64,000 nt of DNA, taken from IMG/VR virus record IMGVR_UViG_3300014205_000002, positions 128,001-192,000 of that record; one strand, given 5' to 3'. The stretch is from a virus. Lineage: Duplodnaviria > Caudoviricetes. The position numbers and the translations under genes were made by a program. This document shows, one piece after another, positions 18,905 to 29,033 of this stretch. The stretch's first letter is position 1; the number at the start of each line of letters is the position of its first letter. Under the pieces are notes generated by a model. The model was not told the origin of the DNA. It was given only the letters and a program-made list of their open reading frames with translations, and did no database searches.

Positions 18905-19681
18905 TCAGATGATCTCGGGACCGCCGTCGCCCTCGCGCGGCTTGTCCGCGATCAGGCTCTGGGGGGTCTGAACCTGGAGCCTGAGGGCGAACTCTTCCAT
19001 CCACTTGTCCTTGTCCTTGTCGAGCTCATACTTGAAGCTCTGCTCGGAGAACTTGTTGACCATGCCGCCGCAGGCGATCGCCTTGTCGAACAGTTCGTTG
19101 AAGTGGGCGCGCTGCTGGGCGGGCTGATCCTCATTGATGATCGCCTCAAGCTGCGGCTTGATGTAGAGCTTCATCATGTTGTGGAAGAGGTGCAGGGCCT
19201 CGCCGACCGCGGTCTTGGCGTCGACCTTCGTGTCCGACTGCTGGTTTGAGAGGAACAGCAGCTGGCCCGTGTCGAACGCCATCGCGTTGCGCATGAGCAT
19301 GGCGGCTTGAGGCCGGATGTTCTGGAGCTTGTCGAGGTAGAGCGCGCGCTCGACTTCCGTGGGGAAGACCGAGACGTCGAAGAAGCAGTCCGCGTAAACC
19401 TGGACGTCGTCGATGCTGTCCTTGAGGATCTTGGCGGTGTCGGCCACGGAGCGTGTGGCGAACAGGATCACCTCGTACATCGTCCGGGTGGACTCCGAGC
19501 GGTAGATCTCCAGGGCGCGGTTGTAGGCGCGCACCTTGAGCTTGCCCTCAACGACCTGGCGCAGGGTCTGGGCGATCTTGTCGGCCTTGCTCATGACGAG
19601 CAGGCCGTCGCGCTGGGGTTCCTCTCCTGTGGCGAGCGCGACGCAGTTCCAGCGATGCCTGGGCGAGTGCATGTGGCTCAT
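18905..19681 (-). CDS. Hypothetical protein
   Basis: Long ORF with typical codon usage. Confidence 0.7.
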   Translation of the reverse strand: MSHMHSPRHRWNCVALATGEEPQRDGLLVMSKADKIAQTLRQVVEGKLKVRAYNRALEIYRSESTRTMYEVILFATRSVADTAKILKDSIDDVQVYADCFFDVSVFPTEVERALYLDKLQNIRPQAAMLMRNAMAFDTGQLLFLSNQQSDTKVDAKTAVGEALHLFHNMMKLYIKPQLEAIINEDQPAQQRAHFNELFDKAIACGGMVNKFSEQSFKYELDKDKDKWMEEFALRLQVQTPQSLIADKPREGDGGPEII

Positions 19682-19684
19682 GCG

Positions 19685-20380
19685 CTACCCTTTCGGCTTC
19701 GGCTTGCTGATCCCTTTGCTCGCGGGCTTCCCCTTGGCCTTGGCGGCCGGGGGTTTGGTCGCTTCCTTTTTTTTAGCTGGCGGCGGAGCTGGCTCTGGCT
19801 GAGGCTTTGGTCTGGGGCCGACGGATACGCCCTTGACGCCGTTGCGATCGCGCTTGACTGCGGTGATGTTGTCGGCGTCGCCGGCGATGTTCAGCATGAA
19901 ATCGGGGACGCCGTCGAGATCGACGCCGTGGGCGTTCACCTTACCAGCTCCCTTGCGTTTGCCGGGGACGTCGTTCTTGCTGGCTGGTTTCTTCGCGCCC
20001 TTGCGCGCAGGCTCGGGCACTCTGATCTCGACATCTTCGGGGCCGAGGGAGCCCTCGGGGTTGGACTTGAGCTTGACCTTGACGCCGTTGAAGTCGCGAT
20101 CGCGCAAGGGCCCCACGATCGACGAGCCCGCGATGATTGGGCAACCCTCGGTGCGCTCGTACAGGACGAAGACGTAGAAGCTATCGGGAACGACGACGTC
20201 GTCTTCTTCCTCGCGAAAGGCGTGCTTGATGCTGCCCTTCGCCATCTGTTCCTTCTGTACCAGGATCCGCAGGGTATGACCATCTTCGGCGAGGATCTCA
20301 TTGAGGATTCGCTCGCCTTTGGGGGTCATGATGTCGAGGAGTTGGCACTCCTTGCGGAGCCTGGCGCGCAGCAGGAACAT
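19685..20380 (-). CDS. Hypothetical protein with Lys/Pro-rich tail
   Basis: Operon packing. Confidence 0.65.
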   Translation of the reverse strand: MFLLRARLRKECQLLDIMTPKGERILNEILAEDGHTLRILVQKEQMAKGSIKHAFREEEDDVVVPDSFYVFVLYERTEGCPIIAGSSIVGPLRDRDFNGVKVKLKSNPEGSLGPEDVEIRVPEPARKGAKKPASKNDVPGKRKGAGKVNAHGVDLDGVPDFMLNIAGDADNITAVKRDRNGVKGVSVGPRPKPQPEPAPPPAKKKEATKPPAAKAKGKPASKGISKPKPKG

Positions 20381-20383
20381 CGC

Positions 20384-22573
20384 CTATACGGCGGCGGCGT
20401 TCCGTCCGACCATCTGCGCGTTCACGAGATTCGCGCGGAACTTGTCGGACTCGTCGAGGATGCGCTTGCCCTCGTTCTCGGTGATGAAAGGAATCTTGCC
20501 CAGGCGCACCAGTAGCAGGATGCGGCCGGCGAGATCCTGGACGTCCTCCAGCTGGTTGCCCAGCGTGGAGTACATGGCCGCCATCTCGTCGGGTCCAAGC
20601 AGGCCCATCGCCATGGAGGTGAGCTCGTCGGCAACCTCGGCAAAGAAGGGGATGTCGGGACCGATGCCTGCGCCGAAGTCAGCCCCAGGGGCTGCGGCAC
20701 CGGGAACCCCTGGCGCACCCGGTGCGCCGTTGGAGGCGTTCGGCATCCCCGGTGCGGCCCCGCGCTGACCGGGAGGTCCAGAGGGGGCCTGGCCGGCGGG
20801 TGCCTCCTGGACGGCGCGGTTGGCATCCGGCCCGCCTGGTCCGGACTCCTTGGGCGGCTCACTGGTCTTGCGGTTGGGTCCGCTCTTGTCGGGGCTGAGA
20901 TCCTTCTCCTCGCCTTCGGAGGCGGGGCGCTGGGCCGCAGACTTGACCACGCCGTAGAGCAGCAGCGCGAGGGCGAGCGGCTCACTGGCGAGCGAGGCCT
21001 CCTTGCGCAGAGGCTCCTCGGTGAGGATGGCCTTGAACGGCCGTGCCACATGGATGTCGACCTGGCGCAGGTGTTCGAGTGCGTGCTCGGGGCTGAACCC
21101 GTAGCGATTCATGAGCTGAGCGAGCAGGGGCCCGCGAGCCATGCCCTCGGAGACGGCGCGGCCAGCTTCCTGGATCGAGTACAGACCGCCGCCGCGGAGG
21201 ACACGCACCTCGGTCTTCTTTGGCTGGGCTTCGATATTGGGGCCTGGATACTGGCCGCGCATCGGGTTAAGATCGATCCGCTTCGGCTGGAGCCTGTAGA
21301 TCATGTAGCCCGTCTTCGGGAAGGCAATCTCGCTCTGGGACAGGCGGTAGGGGCGCTTGTTGTCGCCGAACCGCAGCGTCTCCGTAGCCTGGTAGCCGAG
21401 CGCGGGCGCGACCACCAGCGTGAAGCATCCGCCAGGCAGCTCGGTGAAGCCCCGGATCGTGAAGGGCACAGAGGCCTCGCCGGTCTGCTCACAGAGAATG
21501 AAGGCGACCTCGCCGGGCTTGAAGCTGGAGGGCTGGTAGAACTGATGCAACTCCTCGGAAGAGGTGCTGGGGCTCGGCGTGGCGTAGATCCACTGATCGA
21601 AGGCGTGACCGTCCTCCATTGCCGCAAGCATGTAGGAGCAAGGGCGGCCGTCCAAATAGGTCGTACGGAAGGCGCGCAGGCGGCCTTCGAGAGCGTCGCT
21701 GTGGACTGCGTACCAGCCGGGCTCATTGACGGACTGCGCGCAGGGCTCGTCCTTGGGGCGCGGATACATCTGCTCGTAGTCGCCGGCGATGCCGAAGGCG
21801 CTCTTGTCGCGGAAGTCGAGGATGATGGGCAACCCCTTCATGAGCGCGACCACATGGGCTGCGGGATCGTGACCACAGGAGGCCAGAAACTCGGCGGCGG
21901 CCTTGATTGAGATCCAATCACTGGTCTGGCCGTCGGCGGTGATGGTGGCGGTGTCTCGGTGCGAGGGATCGACAACCACTGCCGTCGCGAAGGGCTTGAG
22001 CGAGGCGGCCTTGCAGCGATCCATCAGCGCGACCATGTCGTCGAGGTGGCGCTCGACGAGGAACTCGTCGAGGCCCTCGCAGGCGGCCTTACCGAGAAGG
22101 GTCTCGACGGCCAGGCGTGCGCCATCGCCCAGGCGCTCGGTCGCGAGCTTGACCGGCTGGGTCATGTTCATGACGTCGGGGCGTCCGCGCCGGCGGCCCG
22201 CACCGAACATGCCCGAGTAGGGCGGCATCAGGCTCATGGCGAGGTCACCCTGGGCTCCGGGTGGCAACTTCTCGACGGGCTTGCCCAGACCGACGCCGCC
22301 TACGGCCATCGTCGCATTGACCTCGGTAAGGCGGCAGAAGCGGCTCTCGCCGTCCTCCATGCGCATCAGGAGGTCGATGGGCTTGAGGTCGAACGAGCGC
22401 ACCACGAAGGGTACGAAGGCACCGGTGAGCGCGACGACGCCGAACGCGTTACCCTCCTCGTCGTTCTCCAGGATGCGCACGAACTGCACATACGGCTCCA
22501 GGGCAGGGAACTGCTGGTTCAGCTGCTGAGCAATGACGACGCCCCATTGGGCGGGATCGAGGGGCAGACGCAT
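20384..22573 (-). CDS. Large hypothetical protein, possibly virion/head associated
   Basis: SD GGAGG before ATG at 22573; repeated KxA motifs and a Pro/Gly linker; function inferred only. Confidence 0.6.
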   Translation of the reverse strand: MRLPLDPAQWGVVIAQQLNQQFPALEPYVQFVRILENDEEGNAFGVVALTGAFVPFVVRSFDLKPIDLLMRMEDGESRFCRLTEVNATMAVGGVGLGKPVEKLPPGAQGDLAMSLMPPYSGMFGAGRRRGRPDVMNMTQPVKLATERLGDGARLAVETLLGKAACEGLDEFLVERHLDDMVALMDRCKAASLKPFATAVVVDPSHRDTATITADGQTSDWISIKAAAEFLASCGHDPAAHVVALMKGLPIILDFRDKSAFGIAGDYEQMYPRPKDEPCAQSVNEPGWYAVHSDALEGRLRAFRTTYLDGRPCSYMLAAMEDGHAFDQWIYATPSPSTSSEELHQFYQPSSFKPGEVAFILCEQTGEASVPFTIRGFTELPGGCFTLVVAPALGYQATETLRFGDNKRPYRLSQSEIAFPKTGYMIYRLQPKRIDLNPMRGQYPGPNIEAQPKKTEVRVLRGGGLYSIQEAGRAVSEGMARGPLLAQLMNRYGFSPEHALEHLRQVDIHVARPFKAILTEEPLRKEASLASEPLALALLLYGVVKSAAQRPASEGEEKDLSPDKSGPNRKTSEPPKESGPGGPDANRAVQEAPAGQAPSGPPGQRGAAPGMPNASNGAPGAPGVPGAAAPGADFGAGIGPDIPFFAEVADELTSMAMGLLGPDEMAAMYSTLGNQLEDVQDLAGRILLLVRLGKIPFITENEGKRILDESDKFRANLVNAQMVGRNAAAV

Positions 22574-22616
22574 CCGAGGGTCCTCCAGGCTATAGTTTAG
22601 CACGGCTTCTGAGGCT

Positions 22617-22662
22617 ATTATAGGGGGAGCGGCCGGATGGTCGGTCCACCGTGCCGTATAAT
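22617..22662. promoter_or_regulatory. Divergent -10 boxes (TATAAT on each strand) flanking a palindrome copy
   Basis: ATTATA 22617-22622, TATAAT 22657-22662, TGGTCGGTCCA 22638-22648. Confidence 0.55.
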
Positions 22663-22692
22663 ATGGGTAGGGCCAACGGTCCATGAGGTGAT

Positions 22693-24294
22693 ATGCGCGA
22701 CGGACGAGCTTACCTGGCGTTCATCAGCGACTTCTGGACGAGCATCTGGACCGACGCCAAGGTGCTGTCGGCGGTGATCGGCGCGCAGCACGAGATCCTT
22801 TACCGCCTGTACCTCCAGGCGGTGCGAGCGGCGGTGCCGGACTTCATCGACCAACTCCCCTTGTACCGCGAGGACTTCTGGCATCTGATCCTTGTCGCCG
22901 AGTCGAGCCGGGTGACAGCGGGGCAGCCGACCTTCTTACTCCAGAGCGACTACCACCGCATTCCCTTCCTCTACGATCGCATGTTCGACCCGCTCGTGAG
23001 CATGCGCGAGGCCACTGACTACACGCTTGCGACCGACAACGGCGAGACGACCGTGACCTTCGCGATCGATCCGTTCGCGCCAGGTGTTCCGCGCTTCCCC
23101 GTGCGCGATCTCGGCGACGACCGGCAGATCGTCATGTTCGCGCCCAAGGTCTACGTCGATCGCGACGATCTCTTCGAGGCTTTCGGTCACTTCACCCGCA
23201 TCGTCCAGCCGACGAGCGAGCAGTACCGCCAGCTGGTGAAGGGCGTATTGTTCATCTACGCCCATGGCCCCGTGCTCCAGCCGCTGAACGCCGGGCTGAA
23301 CCTGGCGGCCGGCTACCCGGTCAGCCGGGATCACGACAAGGTCACGAGCATCAGCGTCGATGCGGGCTCCTACGTGATCGGCACGGCCAAGGGCCACGTC
23401 TACCGAGTGCCGGACGTGGCGACCCTTTCGGTGGCGATTGGCACGATCCTCAGGCCCATGTCGACGTTCATCCTCGACATCCGCGTCTTCGACCACATCT
23501 CCGATCCCGAGTGGTGGTCGGGCGGACCAGGGAATGTCGACCCGGCCAAACGAGTGGTGAACTTTCTGCCCGTCGACCTGGTGCCGGAACTCTCCGAGCC
23601 CCTGCGCGACGATGCGGCCGTGATCGACTACATGATGGACACCTACCTCAAGTTCAACCTGCTCGGGCTCTCGGTAAACACGCTGGCGCTCACGACCTTC
23701 AACGCGATCGAGGACTTCTTTCGTGTGCTCTACGAGGTGAAGCCGCACTACACCTCGCCCTACACCAACGCCTTCTTCAAGGTCTCCGAGAGTTGGGCGC
23801 TGCCCCAGGAGGCGATCGAGATCGTGGCGGCGATCGATCTAACCACGGGCCTGGCGCTCGACGACGTCGGACCCGGTGGGGCCGAGTACTGGACCTTTCC
23901 TGCTGACCTCAAGCTGAACGCCCGGCTCAGACTCGGGCCGAGGCACCGCGACATGCTCAGCCTGGAGCACACCGCCCATGACAACCCCCAGCTTGAGGCG
24001 GGCTTCGACCTGTCGCCGCGCAATGCGATCATGGGTGGCCCCGTCACGCTGAACAGCCTGCGTGTATTGGGAAACTACCCCGACGGCGGTGTGCGCGAGC
24101 GCATCACGATCGGCGTCGAGTTCGACACCGACGACACGGTCACGCTCGGCGACGATCGCGTGCAGCTCGTCATGCAGGTCGAGAACCGGCTGGGCGACGA
24201 GAGCTTTTACCTGGGCGACTCCGATTACTTCCTTGGCGAGAATTACGGGCTCGGCGTCGATCCCGTCGTCTTCGGCGACGCACTGCTGCCATGA
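22693..24294 (+). CDS. Putative baseplate/structural protein
   Basis: Acidic beta-rich 533-aa protein next to lysins; resemblance to large-phage baseplate wedge proteins by eye only. Confidence 0.5.
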   Translation: MRDGRAYLAFISDFWTSIWTDAKVLSAVIGAQHEILYRLYLQAVRAAVPDFIDQLPLYREDFWHLILVAESSRVTAGQPTFLLQSDYHRIPFLYDRMFDPLVSMREATDYTLATDNGETTVTFAIDPFAPGVPRFPVRDLGDDRQIVMFAPKVYVDRDDLFEAFGHFTRIVQPTSEQYRQLVKGVLFIYAHGPVLQPLNAGLNLAAGYPVSRDHDKVTSISVDAGSYVIGTAKGHVYRVPDVATLSVAIGTILRPMSTFILDIRVFDHISDPEWWSGGPGNVDPAKRVVNFLPVDLVPELSEPLRDDAAVIDYMMDTYLKFNLLGLSVNTLALTTFNAIEDFFRVLYEVKPHYTSPYTNAFFKVSESWALPQEAIEIVAAIDLTTGLALDDVGPGGAEYWTFPADLKLNARLRLGPRHRDMLSLEHTAHDNPQLEAGFDLSPRNAIMGGPVTLNSLRVLGNYPDGGVRERITIGVEFDTDDTVTLGDDRVQLVMQVENRLGDESFYLGDSDYFLGENYGLGVDPVVFGDALLP

Positions 24295-25025
24295 GTGCGC
24301 GCCCGTTGCCACGGCTGGAAGCCTCGCTTGGTGTTTTCCTTGCCGACTGCGGGGCCACGCTCGCCACGGACAAGGTCGCCGAGAACCGCTTCCATGCGGT
24401 CACGACCTCGCAGCTGCATGCGGTCAGCGCCCAGTCCGTCGAGACCCAGGAGCGCAATGCGAAGCAGATTGCAGAGATGGTGGGCATGATGCTGGCTCCG
24501 CCCGAGGCCCTGGATACAGCGTCGGGCCCCTACGTCGGGACTTTCAATTACAACAACATCGACCCCAAGGACTTCACGGTCTTCGACGGCCGCAAGACCG
24601 TCCGTTTCAAGGGCAAGTACACCGTCGGCGGGGCGGAGATGCATGTCGGCCGGGCGATCGCGAGTCGCGTAAAGGCCCTGATCGAGTACGCCTGGACCCA
24701 GAATATCAACCTCAAGATCAACGAGGCCGAGCGCACCTACGACACCCAGTTGCTCTACTGGAAGCGTTACCAGAACACGCTGGCGGCACGCGCGGGCAGG
24801 ACTCGCCCGTACCCCGGTCTCGGCGATGGCCCGATTGCCGCCCGTCCAGAGACAGGCAATCACCGCAAGGGCCTGGCCGTCGACTTTAACCTGCTCGGCA
24901 ATGGCTCAAACTGGCAGAAGACCTACCAGTGGCTGCATAAGAACGCGCCCCGCTTCGGCCTCTACAACACCTTTGAGCAGCGCGGCTTGTTCGACGCGCC
25001 TCACTGGTCTGCGAACGGATCCTAG
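24291..25025 (+). CDS. M15-family (D-Ala-D-Ala/L-Ala-D-Glu) peptidase with N-terminal shared domain
   Basis: ERT..Q, GNHRKGLAVDF (SxHxxGxAxD-like), APRFG, PHW. Confidence 0.75.
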   Translation: MSARPLPRLEASLGVFLADCGATLATDKVAENRFHAVTTSQLHAVSAQSVETQERNAKQIAEMVGMMLAPPEALDTASGPYVGTFNYNNIDPKDFTVFDGRKTVRFKGKYTVGGAEMHVGRAIASRVKALIEYAWTQNINLKINEAERTYDTQLLYWKRYQNTLAARAGRTRPYPGLGDGPIAARPETGNHRKGLAVDFNLLGNGSNWQKTYQWLHKNAPRFGLYNTFEQRGLFDAPHWSANGS

Positions 25026-25027
25026 CG

Positions 25028-25771
25028 ATGCCCGTTCCGCCGCACCCTGGCCTGGACTTGTTCCTCAAAGACTGCGGCGCATCACTGCCCGTCGACAAGG
25101 TGGCGGAGAATCGCCTGCATGCGGCGAGCACCCATATGCTGCGCGACGTCGGCGATGCGACGCGGGCGATTCAGGAGCGCAACGCCAGCCAGATCGCGGA
25201 GATGCTCGGATTGTTCATCTCGCCGGAGTTCGGAGCGGTCGGAGCTGGCCCCGAGTCGGTCACCGCCGTGAGCTTGGCCGAGTTCAAGCGCCGGATCGGC
25301 GGACACCCGCGGGCCTTCGTGCTGTTCCTGCTGCCGGCCGCCAGGCACATGGAGAAGCAGTTCGACATCCCCGCCATCGTGGCGCTGGGCCAGGCGGCCT
25401 GGGAGACGGGCTGGGGGGCACCCGCCGGCGTCAAGACCTACAACCTCTGGAACCTGCGCGCGGACGCGGCCTGGGTGAAGGAGGGTCGGCGCTACTACGA
25501 CACCGGCACCAACGGCAAGTTCCGCGACTACTCGAACTTCGTCGAGGCGATCATGGACTACGCCCGCAACATGACCCGCGGCGTCAACAACCCGACCGAG
25601 AAGGGTTACTACGTCAAGGCCGTGAACGCCTACCGCCGGCACCGCTCGCCCGAGCAGTTCGTCCGCGATATCTCTGAGATCTACGCGCCCGTCTCCGACG
25701 GCAACAACAACTACGCCGGCGGCGTGCTCGGACGGATGAAAGAGATCAGGGAGATCGTGCCAGGCCTATGA
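25028..25771 (+). CDS. GH73/FlgJ-like glucosaminidase with N-terminal shared domain
   Basis: QAAWETGWG, YNLWNL, FRDY, YA motif. Confidence 0.8.
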   Translation: MPVPPHPGLDLFLKDCGASLPVDKVAENRLHAASTHMLRDVGDATRAIQERNASQIAEMLGLFISPEFGAVGAGPESVTAVSLAEFKRRIGGHPRAFVLFLLPAARHMEKQFDIPAIVALGQAAWETGWGAPAGVKTYNLWNLRADAAWVKEGRRYYDTGTNGKFRDYSNFVEAIMDYARNMTRGVNNPTEKGYYVKAVNAYRRHRSPEQFVRDISEIYAPVSDGNNNYAGGVLGRMKEIREIVPGL

Positions 25772-26214
25772 GAATCGTCATCCATGGCAAGCCGCCGTCC
25801 GTGAACAGCCTCTACCGGCGCGATCCCCGCGATGGTCACCTCTACATCAACAAGCGCGGCCGCAACTACAAGAAGGTCGTCTCGGACATGTTCAAGGAAC
25901 TCGCGGTCAAGCTCCCCGTACATCTGCGCGGCATCCCCTTGAAGATCACCTACGTGTTCTACTTCCGCCAACTCTGGGATGGCAAGAGCCCGGTTCAGCG
26001 CGACGCCGACGGGCCGGTGAAGTGCGTACAGGACGCGGTCACCGAGGCGCTCAAGGTCAATGACGCCTGGATCTTCCGCGGCATCTTCGAGAAGCGCCGC
26101 GGGGACGAGCGGGCGGTGATATTCATCGAGCCCTATGTGGACGAGGGCGACGAGTTCTACATGGAGTCCTCGCCGAACGCCTCCTCCTCCTCTTCGTCTT
26201 CGGACGGAGCCTGA
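25768..26214 (+). CDS. rusA: RusA-like Holliday junction resolvase
   Basis: PPSVNSLY, RDADGPVKCVQDA, NDAWI. Confidence 0.8.
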   Translation: MRIVIHGKPPSVNSLYRRDPRDGHLYINKRGRNYKKVVSDMFKELAVKLPVHLRGIPLKITYVFYFRQLWDGKSPVQRDADGPVKCVQDAVTEALKVNDAWIFRGIFEKRRGDERAVIFIEPYVDEGDEFYMESSPNASSSSSSSDGA

Positions 26215-26432
26215 CGCTTACGGCCTGGCCGGTTGGCCGTGATCTCATGGTAGAACGAGCTGTCGAGTCCGCAGACGATGCAGAACCGGAGCGGAAACTT
26301 CGGCACCCAGACGCCATCAGGCCCCTGGGTGCAGTCGCGAGCGTCGGCGGAACACAGGGTCTTGCAGCGCTCGCAGCGGTATTCGTAGACGAATTTAAGT
26401 CCCGGGGTTTGCCGGATCCTGCGGTTGCGCAT
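26157..26432 (-). CDS. Small Zn-ribbon protein with acidic tail
   Basis: YEYRCERC...FCIVC; SD GAGG. Confidence 0.6.
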   Translation of the reverse strand: MRNRRIRQTPGLKFVYEYRCERCKTLCSADARDCTQGPDGVWVPKFPLRFCIVCGLDSSFYHEITANRPGRKRQAPSEDEEEEEAFGEDSM

Positions 26433-26829
26433 CGCCCTCTTCTCGCCTCACGAAGTCCTTGCCGTTGAGCGCGAACCCGTCGATCCGCTGAACCTGCCGT
26501 AGAGCCGACGATGCGGCCGGCTTCGGTGCGGGTGCCGCGACGGGCGGCCGAGCCAGGCCCATCTGCTGCGCCACCTCCACCATGATCGCGAGACGCTCGG
26601 CGGTCTTCACGTCGGCGAGCGCGCAGGCCTCGTTGAGCTCGTCATGGCTGCGCATCATGAACTCGCCAGAGGTCAGATCGACCTGGATGTAGTAGAGGCT
26701 GTTGACCATCACCATACGCTGGCCGGGCAGCACATAGGTGTCGTAGCGCATGCCCGGCGTGAAGTGGTTGGGGCGGTGGTCGGCTACCTCAGACCCCACT
26801 GGTTCATCAATGGTTTCGGGTGACTGCAT
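26395..26829 (-). CDS. Hypothetical protein
   Basis: TGATG coupling. Confidence 0.6.
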   Translation of the reverse strand: MQSPETIDEPVGSEVADHRPNHFTPGMRYDTYVLPGQRMVMVNSLYYIQVDLTSGEFMMRSHDELNEACALADVKTAERLAIMVEVAQQMGLARPPVAAPAPKPAASSALRQVQRIDGFALNGKDFVRREEGDAQPQDPANPGT

Positions 26830-27392
26830 CAGGGGGCCTCGGGTGCTTCTAGCGCCCCAGGGACACTCTCTAGGTAGGGCGCGGTCACGGCGGCGATCTC
26901 CGCCAACAGGGAATGGCACGACTCGATCTGGGAGTGAGTGCGCGTGACCAGGCCTTCGTATTCGGCGATCGCCGCGTCCGTGCGACCGCGTAGTTCCCGC
27001 AGGGCAGCGCGCAACTCGCCGACCTGGGTGGCGTAGAGGACGATGCGTTCGATTTTGACGACCAGCAGTTCACTTTCACTGCTGTCGTCGCGGGCGTCCA
27101 GCAGCGCGGCTTCGGCCTCCATCATATTGCGCTCCAGTACCCGATGTTCCTCACAGAGTTTCCGGGCGCGCACGAGCGCATGGTGCTGGTGTGCGCTCAG
27201 TTCGTCCAGCACTTGCGTCTGGCTGGCTCCAGTGGTAGCGATCCGCATGACCTGCATGAGAAGCTTCGACATCATTCTTCTGACGCTAGCAGCCTCGGCG
27301 GGCTTCGGCAGAATGAAGACCATACCGTGCTCTTGGTGCTCGGAAATGGCGTTATCTGCTCGTTGGAAGGACGCGGGATCGGTGAGGGACAT
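26829..27392 (-). CDS. Coiled-coil hypothetical protein
   Basis: SD AAGGAGG. Confidence 0.65.
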   Translation of the reverse strand: MSLTDPASFQRADNAISEHQEHGMVFILPKPAEAASVRRMMSKLLMQVMRIATTGASQTQVLDELSAHQHHALVRARKLCEEHRVLERNMMEAEAALLDARDDSSESELLVVKIERIVLYATQVGELRAALRELRGRTDAAIAEYEGLVTRTHSQIESCHSLLAEIAAVTAPYLESVPGALEAPEAP

Positions 27393-27542
27393 CTACCTGA
27401 CCTCCTTTAAAGTGTCGCTGGGGTGAGGCCAACCTTTCACGCGCATTACGCGCTGCGGGGAGTAGGTTCCGTCCGTGAAACGCGTCGGCGACACGATGGC
27501 GTGTGGGCCGTACAGGCGAGCAGGATGAATGAATGGGGCCAT
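27393..27542 (-). CDS. 49-aa hypothetical protein (not in ORF track)
   Basis: MAPFIHPARLYG...TLKEVR fills the gap exactly, with TAG-ATG junctions on both sides. Confidence 0.5.
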   Translation of the reverse strand: MAPFIHPARLYGPHAIVSPTRFTDGTYSPQRVMRVKGWPHPSDTLKEVR

Positions 27543-29033
27543 CTATTTGATCTCCTTGATGCGCTTCATAGCATCGGCATCGTCGATCGGACACACGCGC
27601 ATCCGCTCGACGAGACGGGGCCACCGCTCGCCCACGGCCTGGGCCATAAGCGTGGCGGCGATGCGGTAGTTCAGATGCCCGCCGGGCTTCGTCCGCAACT
27701 CCACGAGGCTGTAGAGCTCACGGAGGTTGCAGGCGAGGATGGCGCGCTTGTTGTAGCACATGGGCACGCAGTACTGCGCCACGAGCCGGCCGCACTGGGC
27801 CTCGATGTTCTCATAGAGCGCCTGGACCCCGAGCATGGCGTTCGCCCAGCGCTCGGTCAGATCGTAGCGGCCAGCGGCTTCCGGTAGATGGAAGCCGAGG
27901 TAGGGGTCGAGCGGCTGCTCGACGTGTAGGCACATGCGGTGACGCTGGAGGTCTCGCCAGGTACCGAAGTCCAGCGTGAGGTCGAAGGTGTGGGGGTAGA
28001 GTTCCAGCGCACGCGGTGCGCCGTCGCGCTCGCCACGGCTCTCAAAGATGGCGTTCCAGATCGCCGAGAATTGCGTCTCATTCAGGCGGGCAATTGCGAA
28101 CAGGAGGCGATTGTGGTCGACATTGACGTAGGGGTAGAGCGCCTGAGCGACGATGCGCTGCTCCGGCGGCCAGGCCCCGAGCAGCTCGACAGCAGGGCTG
28201 TCGGCGTGCTGGACCTGGCGTTCAAACGCGATCACGGAGGCGGCGATCGCAGCCATGGTCTCGCGGTAGGCCACCGGGTAGGTCTTGGGTGCGACGTACT
28301 TCACTAGCGTCGGCAGCTGTGACTGAAAAGTGGTCTTGAGACCCAAGCCGAGCGCGCGGGCCTCAGCAAGGTCGTGGCTGAGCAGCTTACTCACGCTGTG
28401 CTCGACGGTGCGCGCGTTGGCGACGTAGCCGACCATCGTCGTCGCCGAGGCCGGCAAGATGCCGCGAGCGACATCGAGGGCCTTGGCGCGCAGGTTCGCC
28501 GCATAGAGTGCCTCGCTCATGTCGGGCGATCGCGTAGCTTCGCCAGCGAAGGCCGCCATCAGGTCGTCCAGGGTCTCCTGGTAGAGCGCAAACAGGCCCA
28601 TGCAGTGGTCAATGTAGGCCTCGCGCAGGCCATGGAGCGTGTCGTCCAGTTCGTCTGGCACGATGAAGCTCGTGGGCCCCCAGGGCTGGTAGCGGGTCGA
28701 GGCCTCAACGTAGGAGCCGAGCCGGCCGTCTTCAAGCGCCTTGGCACAGAGCATGGAAATGTTCTCGACGCAGGCGTGACCGGTCGCCAGCTCCGCGACC
28801 GAGGCGTGCCCGTACCCCAGCACGTACTTGTCGTGGAAGGTCGAGGCCTTCTCCTTGGTTAGCAGGCCCGCGTTCTGGCGGAAGGGCAGCGGCGATCGCG
28901 AGGTCTTGGCGAGCGCGACCGCGACCTCCTCGGGTGTGAGCAGGGTGTCGCGCCCAGGAACCTCATGGAAGAGGTGATAGGCTTCCTGGGGCTTACGGGC
29001 GACCCGGTAGGCTTCATAGAGGGTCTTGGACAA
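27543..29033 (-). CDS. thyX: FAD-dependent thymidylate synthase (tandem two-domain ThyX type)
   Basis: YGHASVAE, EASTRY, RDLQRHR, ELRTKPGGH. Confidence 0.88.
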   Translation of the reverse strand: MSKTLYEAYRVARKPQEAYHLFHEVPGRDTLLTPEEVAVALAKTSRSPLPFRQNAGLLTKEKASTFHDKYVLGYGHASVAELATGHACVENISMLCAKALEDGRLGSYVEASTRYQPWGPTSFIVPDELDDTLHGLREAYIDHCMGLFALYQETLDDLMAAFAGEATRSPDMSEALYAANLRAKALDVARGILPASATTMVGYVANARTVEHSVSKLLSHDLAEARALGLGLKTTFQSQLPTLVKYVAPKTYPVAYRETMAAIAASVIAFERQVQHADSPAVELLGAWPPEQRIVAQALYPYVNVDHNRLLFAIARLNETQFSAIWNAIFESRGERDGAPRALELYPHTFDLTLDFGTWRDLQRHRMCLHVEQPLDPYLGFHLPEAAGRYDLTERWANAMLGVQALYENIEAQCGRLVAQYCVPMCYNKRAILACNLRELYSLVELRTKPGGHLNYRIAATLMAQAVGERWPRLVERMRVCPIDDADAMKRIKEIK

